Positions 24,348-32,000 of a stretch of 32,000 bases of DNA are shown one piece after another. Numbering within the stretch: position 1 is the first letter of the stretch; the number at the start of each line of letters is the position of its first letter. The position numbers and the translations under genes were made by a program. Source of the DNA: Moraxella nasicaprae (GTDB lineage Bacteria > Pseudomonadota > Gammaproteobacteria > Pseudomonadales > Moraxellaceae). The notes under the pieces were generated by a model. That model had not been told where the DNA came from, ran no database searches, and was given only the letters and a program-made list of their open reading frames with translations. The stretch lies in contig NZ_CP089977.1 in NCBI RefSeq assembly GCF_025643275.1, positions 420,001 through 452,000 of the forward strand, read 5' to 3'.

Positions 24348-26105
24348 CTAAAAATACCGTTGTAAAGAAATGACGCTTTGGTGCTGATAATCACGATTGA
24401 CTTTTTCTAGCTTGGTACTCCATCGTATCGCATGGCGATTGGATAAATCATATTGCAAACCAGCATAAATGCTAGGCTGTATATAATACGTTCGTTGATA
24501 CTGCGTGGTGTCGTGATGATAATACCATGGAACTGACAGCTCAATTTGCCCACGCAATTTGTCATTGGCATGATGAATACAGCCAATACTGCCGTCCACA
24601 CCCACACGATAGCCTTGATTAAGCCGACCCAGTTGCACTCTACCTCCGCCCAGTACATAGCAAATCGTGTCAGCAATCTGACCCGTACCACGCTCTGCAT
24701 GTCCTATTGCCCATGATTTACCACGCTGCATGCCTGCCGCCAGCACCAAATGACGAGGGTTGTCAGGGCTTGATGCGTCAGTCTCTCTTAAAACCCCAAG
24801 TGACATACCGCTGGCATAGGCAGCTTGACCATTTTGGGCGTTATTTTTGGCGGTATTGACTGGATTTAGGCTACGGCTGGCAAAAAGTGTTGCTTCGTTG
24901 AGCATCAGTTTTTCATCGTCCGCATGAGCCTTGATGGATAATAATTGTACATCATGAAACTGCCTGACGCCCTTAGGATTATCCAGCACATCTTGATAAG
25001 CGGCATTGATGGATAATTCGGCAATCGTTTGCTTATCAAGCTGACCCACACCAAGCCCAACACGATGCACGCTGGTGGCGGTTGCTGGATTGTTGCGACT
25101 TGGCGTGATATAAGCTGGCTGCTTGTGAGCATGATTGAGTTTGGCTTGGCGAACGGTAGCATTTGATGGCAAGAACTGCTCACTTTGCACCAATCCTTGT
25201 TCGCTTAGCACTTTGGCAATCTGAGAGGGAATGACGATTTTGCCTACTTTTTTTGCCAACTGCTCAGTGGGACGCACCACATCAATGAGCCGTACAATCT
25301 CAGTAGCACAATTATCATGGGTAAAAAAATACGGTCTTTGCATGTCTTTGACCTCCCAAATGTGCCTGATGATTTGGCGGACTTCTTGGGGGTTGAGATT
25401 TAGACGATATTGCCATAAGTCTCGGTTATCCACAACCAAATAATCATCTCGTTTTTTGGTAAAAGGCAGAATCTCCATCACGCCTGCATATCGACCAAAG
25501 ATTGATTTGACCGCCGCCACAGCCGCCTTATCATCAGGATTGCCCAAGACCGTATAATTGATGGCGGTTGCCAGATTTTCATCACGACTTTGGGTATCGG
25601 CACGAATGAGTACATGAGCAAACGCTGACGCCAGATTATTGGCATGCTCCTCAGCAAACACCAATGACAAGCTATCAGCATTCATCTGCTTTTCCCAAGC
25701 ACTAAAATCAGCACATTGCTGCTCATCAAAATCAATCTTTTGACCATGCTGTGCCAGCCATTCTTGTAACAACGCCGTGCGAGCAACAAAACGACACATC
25801 GCATCAGTATCGTGTTTTTCGATTGCCGTCAGCATTGCCATCAATTCATCTTGGGGATTGTAATGCCCTGATTTTGACAAAAAGAACTTAGGATTGATAA
25901 GTTTGCTGGGCGTATTCTGTTGTGCTTTATCAGTAAAAAATAGCAGTCGCCGCCAAGCAGTCTGATTGGCAAACGCCTCAACCGTCTCAACTGACAAACC
26001 AAACGGCAAGACATCAACCTGCTCATTCATGGTATTTGCCAGCACATCTTTGGGGGTCAGTAGCATTAGGGTCATCAATACTGATGAGAGAAATTTTTTG
26101 GTCAT
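24348..26105 (-). CDS. DUF4105 / Lnb N-terminal periplasmic-domain protein with a beta-rich C-terminal half
   Basis: It has a signal peptide (MTKKFLSSVLMTLMLLTPKDVLA). WRRLLFF...SLVFAEEH...FAHVLIR...PYFFTHDNCATEIVRLID matches my recollection of DUF4105. The C-terminus has alternating aromatic/Gly-rich segments and ends in ...LQRYF, which looks like an OM-barrel terminus. Confidence 0.6.
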   Translation of the reverse strand: MTKKFLSSVLMTLMLLTPKDVLANTMNEQVDVLPFGLSVETVEAFANQTAWRRLLFFTDKAQQNTPSKLINPKFFLSKSGHYNPQDELMAMLTAIEKHDTDAMCRFVARTALLQEWLAQHGQKIDFDEQQCADFSAWEKQMNADSLSLVFAEEHANNLASAFAHVLIRADTQSRDENLATAINYTVLGNPDDKAAVAAVKSIFGRYAGVMEILPFTKKRDDYLVVDNRDLWQYRLNLNPQEVRQIIRHIWEVKDMQRPYFFTHDNCATEIVRLIDVVRPTEQLAKKVGKIVIPSQIAKVLSEQGLVQSEQFLPSNATVRQAKLNHAHKQPAYITPSRNNPATATSVHRVGLGVGQLDKQTIAELSINAAYQDVLDNPKGVRQFHDVQLLSIKAHADDEKLMLNEATLFASRSLNPVNTAKNNAQNGQAAYASGMSLGVLRETDASSPDNPRHLVLAAGMQRGKSWAIGHAERGTGQIADTICYVLGGGRVQLGRLNQGYRVGVDGSIGCIHHANDKLRGQIELSVPWYYHHDTTQYQRTYYIQPSIYAGLQYDLSNRHAIRWSTKLEKVNRDYQHQSVISLQRYF

Positions 26106-26260
26106 CTTATACAAATTTAAGTACACTATTACCCCATTGTAGCACAAAATTCATCACAAAATAGCCGTCATCTTTTGGCAAATCATGCTACAATATTTGG
26201 TAAAAGGCAAAACAAGCCACCACTTCAACCAAAAAACCAAATACCAATCCGACACGATTT

Positions 26261-26851
26261 ATGAATCCATCTGTTTTTATCCATGATGGCGTACTAAACA
26301 TCGCCGAACAAATCCCATCGCCCAACTTCAACGCTCGCCCTGAGGGTAAAAATGGCACGATTAGTGGCATTGTTATCCACAACATCAGCCTACCGCCTGC
26401 CCAATTTTCCCAAAAAAATAAAGATGGCATTCATCATGTCAAAGCCTTTTTTCAAAATCAGCTCAACCCAGATGACCACCCTTATTTTCAAACCATCGCC
26501 ACCATGCAGGTCTCAGCCCATTTGTTCATCGAGCGAGATGGTGTGGTTACTCAATTTGTCAATTTTAACAATCGGGCTTGGCACGCTGGGACATCTACTT
26601 TCTTGGGACGCAAAAATTGCAATGATTTTACCATTGGTATCGAGCTAGAAGGAAGTGACGATACGCTATACACCGAAATTCAATACCAAACACTTGCCCA
26701 AATCATTGTCGCCATTCATCGTGCCTATCCTGCCACAAGACGACAGCTGATGGGACATAGCGACATTGCCCCAACACGAAAAACCGACCCTGGCAAACAT
26801 TTTGATTGGCAAAAAATCCGCCAACTGGTGCAAGATTTACTCAACCAATAA
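26261..26851 (+). CDS. ampD: 1,6-anhydro-N-acetylmuramyl-L-alanine amidase
   Basis: The sequence SPNFNARP...IVIHNISLPP...SAHLFIERDGVVTQFV...AWHAG...NDFTIGIELEG...GHSDIAPTRKTDPG matches AmpD (amidase_2). Confidence 0.9.
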   Translation: MNPSVFIHDGVLNIAEQIPSPNFNARPEGKNGTISGIVIHNISLPPAQFSQKNKDGIHHVKAFFQNQLNPDDHPYFQTIATMQVSAHLFIERDGVVTQFVNFNNRAWHAGTSTFLGRKNCNDFTIGIELEGSDDTLYTEIQYQTLAQIIVAIHRAYPATRRQLMGHSDIAPTRKTDPGKHFDWQKIRQLVQDLLNQ

Positions 26852-26955
26852 ACCACCCAATGGATTTTGTTGTCATAATTTGGTAACAAATTTTTGGGCA
26901 ATTATCCATAAAACCAAGTACAATATCTCTTTTTTGATTTAAGATTTAAATTATT

Positions 26956-28503
26956 ATGGCAAAATCTCGGCTTTTTCGTTCCACCATGACCGTCAGCTCA
27001 ATGACCATGCTCTCTCGTATTTTAGGATTGGTGCGAGACATGGTGCAGATGAGTGTCTTTGGTGCTGGCACTTTGATGGACGCTTTTGTGGTCGCTTTTA
27101 AAATTCCTAATTTTTTACGCCGTTTATTTGCCGAAGGAGCATTTAGCCAAGCCTTTGTTCCCATCTTAACCGAATATAAAGAAAAAAAGACTTTCAACGA
27201 AGTTCAACTGCTCATCAGTCAGGTGTCAGGTGTATTATCGTTGGCATTGCTGGCTTTGACAGTAGTGGTCATCGCCATTGCCCCTTGGGTGATGCGTCTA
27301 TTTTCCCCTGGGTTTATGAATGACCCTGCCCAATTTGCCGCCGCTACTGACTTACTTCGCATCACTTTTCCATATTTATTTTTTATTTCGATGACGGCAT
27401 TTTTTGGTAGCATTTTGCAAAGTTATGGACGCTTTGCCGCTCCTGCCTTTGCACCAGTTTTGCTCAATGTCTGTATGATTGTGGCGTCATTGGTGATTGC
27501 ACCGCTGCTGGATAAGCCAATCATGGCGTTGGGCTATGCGGTGGCGGTGGCAGGTCTATTACAGCTACTCATCCAACTGCCCCAACTTTGGCAACAAAAG
27601 CTCTTGGTTGCACCAAAATTCGACTTTCACCACGAGGGTGTTCGCCGTATTCTAGCCATGATGTTGCCTGCGATTTTTGGTGTGTCGGTCACTCAGCTAA
27701 ATCTATTGCTTAGCACGATTTTTGCCTCTTTTATGGTCAAAGGCTCTATGTCGTGGATGTACTCTGCTGAACGCCTTAGCGAACTGCCCTTAGGGTTGAT
27801 TGGCGTGGCGATTGGCACGGTGATTTTGCCCAGCTTATCGTCTAGTCGTGCCAAATCCGATGATGAAACCTTCAAAAAAACCATGGACTGGGCGGCTCGT
27901 CTGATTATTTTGGTGGGATTGCCAGCCAGTCTTGCCATGTTTGCGTTGTCTGATGTGTTGATGGACGCTTTATTTGTGCGTGGCAAATTTAGCCATCAAG
28001 ATGCCTTGATGAGCGGTCTTGCCCTAAAATCTTTATCTGGGGGAATCTTGGGTTTCATGCTCATCAAGATTTTTGCCCCTGCATTCTTTGCCAATCAAGA
28101 CACCAAAACCCCTGTCAAAGTCGGCATCATCTCTGTTGTTTGCAACATGATTTTTAGCGTGGTATTTGTTGGTATATTCTATCTTGCCAAGCTCCCTTTA
28201 CACGGTGGTCTGGCTTTGGCAACCACGATGGCAAGTTTTGTCAATGCTGGTCTGCTCTACTATATTCTGCAAAAGCGAGCGATTTTTAGCTTTGGCAGTC
28301 ATTGGAAAAAAATGTTCGCCCAATTCATCATTGCCAGCACAGCGATGATGATTGCTCTATATATTGCCATACCTTACTATCCTCTTGATGGTAGTCTTTG
28401 GCTAAAAATTGCCATCTTGCTGGGCATTTGTATTCTAGGAGCGTCCATCTACGGTTTGGCACTGCTGGCGACAGGATTTCGTCCAAGACAGCTTCGCCAC
28501 TAA
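26956..28503 (+). CDS. murJ: Lipid II flippase MurJ (MviN)
   Basis: The sequence SSMTMLSRILGLVRDMV...FGAG..DAFVVAFKIPNFLRRLFAEGAFSQAFVPIL is the canonical MurJ N-terminus. The protein is a 515-aa polytopic membrane protein. Confidence 0.92.
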   Translation: MAKSRLFRSTMTVSSMTMLSRILGLVRDMVQMSVFGAGTLMDAFVVAFKIPNFLRRLFAEGAFSQAFVPILTEYKEKKTFNEVQLLISQVSGVLSLALLALTVVVIAIAPWVMRLFSPGFMNDPAQFAAATDLLRITFPYLFFISMTAFFGSILQSYGRFAAPAFAPVLLNVCMIVASLVIAPLLDKPIMALGYAVAVAGLLQLLIQLPQLWQQKLLVAPKFDFHHEGVRRILAMMLPAIFGVSVTQLNLLLSTIFASFMVKGSMSWMYSAERLSELPLGLIGVAIGTVILPSLSSSRAKSDDETFKKTMDWAARLIILVGLPASLAMFALSDVLMDALFVRGKFSHQDALMSGLALKSLSGGILGFMLIKIFAPAFFANQDTKTPVKVGIISVVCNMIFSVVFVGIFYLAKLPLHGGLALATTMASFVNAGLLYYILQKRAIFSFGSHWKKMFAQFIIASTAMMIALYIAIPYYPLDGSLWLKIAILLGICILGASIYGLALLATGFRPRQLRH

Positions 28504-28647
28504 GCAACACTGGCATCATCGCTCTACATAAAGCATACAAAACATTGGGGTGTCATGCTTGCAATTTTTGCAAAATTCCCCCAATATGCTATAAAGTATC
28601 CAGATAAATTTAATGATTGATGAAAAAGTGAAATAGGAGTTTTAATC

Positions 28648-29169
28648 ATGAACATCAACAAACCAGTTGTAAATCACATTGACCCAACACTAAATCTAGA
28701 ACAAATTCGCCACGAATGCCAAAACCTTGCCAAACAACGAGCCAAAATCTCGGCAGGTGCTGCGGTTATTCCCGTGCCATTTTTAGATGTGGCGGTTGAT
28801 GTTGTGATGCTGTCTAAACTATTACCACAGATTACCCAGCGATTTGGTTTGTCTGATGAGCAAACCGAAAGCCAACGAGAAGAAAACATCAAAGAACGCA
28901 TTATTGCGATGGGTAGCCTTGTGGTAACTCGTGGTGTCGTCAATAAAACCATTCAAGGCTTTGGCGGTCGTTTCATTGGTAAGCAAGTCTCAAAATACAT
29001 TCCGATGGGTGGCTCTATGGTGGCAGCAACTTTGGGTTATATGATTTTTAAGAAAATCGCTTTTGACCACATTGACGAGTGCTACAACATCGCCAAAGAA
29101 GCCCAAAAGAACGCCTTGCATCAAGCGGTACAAGAGTCATTTGGTCGAGAACCAAACTCAACGCTATGA
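28648..29169 (+). CDS. Hypothetical protein, possibly DUF697-like membrane-associated
   Basis: This 173-aa ORF has a good RBS (AGGAG). The segment AGAAVIPVPFLDVAVDVVMLSKLLPQITQRFG resembles the DUF697 core as I recall it. The assignment is weak. Confidence 0.4.
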   Translation: MNINKPVVNHIDPTLNLEQIRHECQNLAKQRAKISAGAAVIPVPFLDVAVDVVMLSKLLPQITQRFGLSDEQTESQREENIKERIIAMGSLVVTRGVVNKTIQGFGGRFIGKQVSKYIPMGGSMVAATLGYMIFKKIAFDHIDECYNIAKEAQKNALHQAVQESFGREPNSTL

Positions 29170-29203
29170 TTGTTTAGCCAGTTAGTTATCCCTACAAGCT
29201 AAC

Positions 29204-29263
29204 CCCTCATCACTGATGATGTCTGATAAATAATTATCACTATCAGTTATGAGGGATTTTTTA
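29204..29263 (+). terminator. Interrupted-stem terminator after the 173-aa ORF
   Basis: The pairs are ccctca/tgaggg (29204-29209 with 29250-29255) and actgat/atcagt (29212-29217 with 29242-29247). ATTTTTTAT follows. Confidence 0.45.
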
Positions 29264-29441
29264 TATTTTGGCACACATTTTTTCTATTTTGGCATAATAA
29301 AATGATGGGTTTTGTTTGAGAAAATTTGTCAAACAAGCTAAAATATAGACACTTTTGGCAAAGCGATGATGCGTTGCCCAAAAAAATAAGCCCAAGCGTT
29401 TTATCACTATTATAAACCAGCCATTTAGCCAAGGTATTATC

Positions 29442-29765
29442 ATGACTTTTGTTGTAACCGACAACTGCATTTTATGCAAATACACCGACTGTGTCGAAGT
29501 CTGCCCAGTAGATTGCTTCTACGAAGGCCCAAATTTTTTGGTCATCAATCCTGACGAGTGCATCGACTGTGCGTTATGCGAACCTGAATGTCCTGCTAAT
29601 GCTATTTTTAGCGAAGATGAGATTCCAGCAGGTCAAGAAGAATTCATCAAAATCAATGAAGAATTGTCACAAACTTGGGCAAACATCACCGAGAAAAAAG
29701 ACGCCATGCCAGACCACGCAAAATGGGACGGTGTTAGCGGTAAAATCCAGTATCTGGAACGCTAA
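29442..29765 (+). CDS. fdxA: 7Fe ferredoxin (Azotobacter FdxA type)
   Basis: The sequence [51 protein letters not shown] has the exact Cys pattern of [3Fe-4S][4Fe-4S] ferredoxin I. Confidence 0.92.
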   Translation: MTFVVTDNCILCKYTDCVEVCPVDCFYEGPNFLVINPDECIDCALCEPECPANAIFSEDEIPAGQEEFIKINEELSQTWANITEKKDAMPDHAKWDGVSGKIQYLER

Positions 29766-29781
29766 TCTGATGATGATTTTA

Positions 29782-29814
29782 AGCATCAAAACACTGGTTT
29801 TGGTGCTTTTTTTA
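29782..29814 (+). terminator. Rho-independent terminator after fdxA
   Basis: The stem pairs agcatcaaaac (29782-29792) with gttttggtgct (29797-29807), with one G-U pair and a 4-nt loop. A T-run follows. Confidence 0.7.
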
Positions 29815-29828
29815 TGAACAATACATCA

Positions 29829-29866
29829 AAAAAAACGGTCATCAAAAATTGACGACCGTTTTTTGG
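29829..29866. terminator. Bidirectional terminator, serving the symporter gene on the minus strand
   Basis: The stem pairs aaaacggtcatcaa with ttgacgaccgtttt (29832-29862) with one mismatch. An A-run lies on the left and a T-run on the right. Confidence 0.7.
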
Positions 29867-29877
29867 GTTAAGAATGA

Positions 29878-31380
29878 TTACCAAACATCTGAACGCACTT
29901 TTTGTTTCATTTTTGGATAATTATCAATCTTAAATTCAGGCTTGGCAATGCCTGCTTTTAGCTGACTTTGATAATCTTTGACCAAAGTAAACGCATAGCC
30001 TGACATCAGCAAGATGGCAAATAAGTTAATAAACGCCATTGTCGCCATCGTCAAATCGCCCATGTTCCACACCACATCAACTTTGGCAATCGCCCCAAAA
30101 TAGACGAACGCCAGCACAATCATTCTAAAAATGGTCAAAAGAGCTGTATTTTCTTTTAAAAATTGAATGTTTGATTCGGCATAGGCGTAGTTGCCAATGA
30201 TGGTTGAGAAAGCAAACATGAACAGCACCACCGCCAAGAAATACTGACCCCACTGTCCCACATGGCTGGCAAGTGCCGCTTGGGTTAGCTGAATGCCTGA
30301 TAGATTGGCGGCATTTTCTGGCAGTTGAGCCAGCAGAATGATAAACGCAGTGAATGAACAAACGATGATGGTATCCACAAATACCCCAAGCATCTGAATC
30401 AAACCTTGTTCAACTGGGTGCTTGACATTGGCAGCAGCAGCGGCATTCGGTGCTGAGCCTTGACCTGCTTCGTTTGAATACAGACCACGCTTGATGCCCT
30501 GCATCATCGCTATTGATACCATCGAACCAAACAGACCACCGCCTGCCGCTTCAAAAGTGAATGCTTTTTGGAAAATTAGAGCAAGCACCGCAGGCACTTG
30601 GGCAATATTCATCACAATGATGACACCTGCAACCACTAGATAAATCAGTGCCATCACAGGTACAATCACCTCAGCAATCTTTGCCACACGGCGAATGCCA
30701 CCAAAGATAATCGGAGCAGTTAGCACCACCAAAATCGCCCCAACCACATGCTTATAAATAATCCAATCTTCATGACAAGCATCGCCATCAATGGTACAGC
30801 CAACAGCCGACTGCACCGCTTGCGTGATGGTGTTCGCCTGAATCGATTGATACACAAAGCCAAAGCACACAATCAATGACAAAGCAAAAAGCAGACCCAG
30901 CCATTTTTGTCCCAGACCCTGCTCGATATAATAAGCAGGACCACCACGAAACTGTCCTGTTTGAGTATCTTTAACCTTGAACAACTGTGCCAGAGTGGAC
31001 TCAACCAATGCTGATGACATACCAATCAACGCAATCAGCCACATCCAAAATACCGCACCAGCACCACCGACACCAATGGCAATCGCGACACCTGCGACAT
31101 TACCCACACCAACACGACTAGCCAAGCCAGTCACGAATGCCTGAAAGCCAGAAATGCCCTCGCTACTGTCTTGATTTTTACGGCTACCCAGCATTGTCTT
31201 GACGCTATGCCCAAATAGGCGAAATTGAACCAAGCCAGATGCCAAAGTAAAAAACAGTCCAGCACCAATCAGCACCCAAATCAAAATATCCCACATTGGG
31301 GCGTTAAATGCGTCCACCGCACAGCTTAACGCTTGCTCAAAGTCAGGCTTAGCAACGCAACTTAATGGATTTTCATACAT
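29878..31380 (-). CDS. Alanine/glycine:cation symporter (AGCS family)
   Basis: The sequence ISGFQAFVTGLASRVGVGNVAGVAIAIGVGGAGAVFWMW...GIKRGLYSNEAGQGSAP carries the AGCS signatures. The start is taken at MYENPLS (ATG at 31380). Confidence 0.88.
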   Translation of the reverse strand: MYENPLSCVAKPDFEQALSCAVDAFNAPMWDILIWVLIGAGLFFTLASGLVQFRLFGHSVKTMLGSRKNQDSSEGISGFQAFVTGLASRVGVGNVAGVAIAIGVGGAGAVFWMWLIALIGMSSALVESTLAQLFKVKDTQTGQFRGGPAYYIEQGLGQKWLGLLFALSLIVCFGFVYQSIQANTITQAVQSAVGCTIDGDACHEDWIIYKHVVGAILVVLTAPIIFGGIRRVAKIAEVIVPVMALIYLVVAGVIIVMNIAQVPAVLALIFQKAFTFEAAGGGLFGSMVSIAMMQGIKRGLYSNEAGQGSAPNAAAAANVKHPVEQGLIQMLGVFVDTIIVCSFTAFIILLAQLPENAANLSGIQLTQAALASHVGQWGQYFLAVVLFMFAFSTIIGNYAYAESNIQFLKENTALLTIFRMIVLAFVYFGAIAKVDVVWNMGDLTMATMAFINLFAILLMSGYAFTLVKDYQSQLKAGIAKPEFKIDNYPKMKQKVRSDVW

Positions 31381-31550
31381 ACAATGTCTTCCAAAACAAT
31401 GTTTTTCCAAAAGCAGAAGGTTTAAAAAAAGTATGTCAGACCAAATTTAATCGCCCAACCCCAATCATCAATCGAAGGTTTGACATGATGACGGTTTGAT
31501 ATTAGTCAGCATGAGCGATGTTGTTTGCTGTATATTTTTTAAACCTTAGC

Positions 31551-31588
31551 CCAAAAAGTAAGGAATGATAGACAAAGCCATCATTCCC
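31551..31588 (-). terminator. Terminator after the uracil/xanthine permease gene
   Basis: The stem pairs ggaatgat (31562-31569) with atcattcc (31580-31587) around a 10-nt loop. On the minus strand it is followed by TTACTTTTTGG. Confidence 0.5.
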
Positions 31589-31714
31589 TTGTTATTAACA
31601 AAATGCTTACAGGCTGTATTATAAGTCATTTTTTGGTAACAATCACGCAATTTATATCAATACAAGCCAGCTTATCATCAAAACCTGATGATAAAGTGAT
31701 TTTTTTGATGAAAA

Positions 31715-32000
31715 TCAATGAGCCTGTGTGTCAATATCGCCATTTGATTTTTCGCCAAGGCTTAAAAACCAATGCAAGAAAATTGCCGCAAAAGTTGCCG
31801 TACCAATACCACCCAAGTTAAAACTACCAATCATCAAACCAAAGTCGCCTGTACCCAAAATAATGGTAATGGCAGCAACCATGAGATTTTTATTGCTGGC
31901 AAAATTCACTTTATTATCAATCCAGATTTTCGCCCCAGCAATGGTAATCAAACCAAAGACCACAATCGATGCCCCTGTTAGCACAGGACTTGGAATGGTC
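31715..32000 (-). CDS. NCS2-family uracil/xanthine permease. Partial: only the C-terminal end is inside the window.
   Basis: The sequence ...GASIVVFGLITIAGAKIWIDNKVNFASNKNLMVAAITIILGTGDF...GGIGTATFAAI aligns by eye to the last TM helices of UraA-type permeases. The frame stays open to the right edge. Confidence 0.7.
   Translation of the reverse strand, partial: TIPSPVLTGASIVVFGLITIAGAKIWIDNKVNFASNKNLMVAAITIILGTGDFGLMIGSFNLGGIGTATFAAIFLHWFLSLGEKSNGDIDTQAH

Noticed and set aside
26188-26430. An 80-aa minus-strand ORF overlapping the ampD start.
   Set aside because: It overlaps the well-supported ampD CDS and the divergent promoter region. It has no motif and its composition is typical of an out-of-frame read.
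29269-29274. TGGCAC upstream of fdxA as a sigma-54 -24 element.
   Set aside because: The required TTGC(A/T) -12 element at the correct 5-nt spacing is absent; the sequence reads TGGCAC-acatt-TTTTC.
31381-31714. A glycine riboswitch upstream of the alanine/glycine symporter gene.
   Set aside because: I could not find the conserved aptamer elements (GGAGAG...CACCG...GGGCAA-type cores) on the minus strand. Only an uncharacterised inverted repeat is present, and it is reported separately.
1-32000. A window-wide look for CRISPR arrays, tRNA/rRNA genes, IS elements, integrases and phage structural genes.
   Set aside because: I noticed no regularly spaced direct repeats, no tRNA-like cloverleaf candidates in the intergenic regions I read, and no transposase or integrase motifs in any listed ORF. 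Their absence is by eye only. A tRNAscan/Infernal/ISfinder run would be needed for certainty.

Overview
This is an AT-rich, densely coding chromosomal window. Gene content and order suggest a gammaproteobacterium, probably Moraxellaceae-like, though I cannot verify that without a search. I saw no rRNA, tRNA, CRISPR array, transposase or integrase.

**Positions 1-13303.** Every gene here lies on the minus strand. The backbone is conserved housekeeping: DUF4230, trpF, trpB, trpA, accD, folC, a LysM/SPOR protein, a DUF2726 protein and an EamA transporter. Visibly AT-richer accessory DNA interrupts this backbone twice.
- Between trpF and trpB: a TSUP transporter, an SDR and a toxin-first PIN toxin-antitoxin pair.
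- Between trpB and trpA: a 2.1 kb island. It holds a small acidic ORF, the frameshifted and truncated 5' stub of a CcrM/M.HinfI-like DNA methyltransferase, a wHTH plus PD-(D/E)XK-like protein, and a restriction-endonuclease-like protein.

**Window centre (16362-19682).** An AT-rich two-gene cassette sits between a nitronate-monooxygenase gene and the LysR regulator that would otherwise be divergent to it. The cassette encodes a RecQ-type helicase fused to a phosphoribosyltransferase-like domain, followed 3 nt later by a DprA/SLOG-fold protein with a C-terminal wHTH. From memory this is the PsyrTA/RqlHI toxin-antitoxin and anti-phage architecture, whose mechanism is unresolved.

**Right part.** This is mostly housekeeping or stress genes: proS, a DUF3841 protein, an MDR oxidoreductase, ohr, a bacterioferritin-like gene with an in-frame TAA, an epimerase-like SDR, a DUF4105/Lnb-like protein, ampD, murJ, fdxA, an alanine/glycine:cation symporter and a partial uracil/xanthine permease. 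The ohr gene and the ferritin-like gene carry near-duplicate promoter/operator modules.

All functional calls rest on recognising motifs by eye in the supplied translations. No database search was possible.
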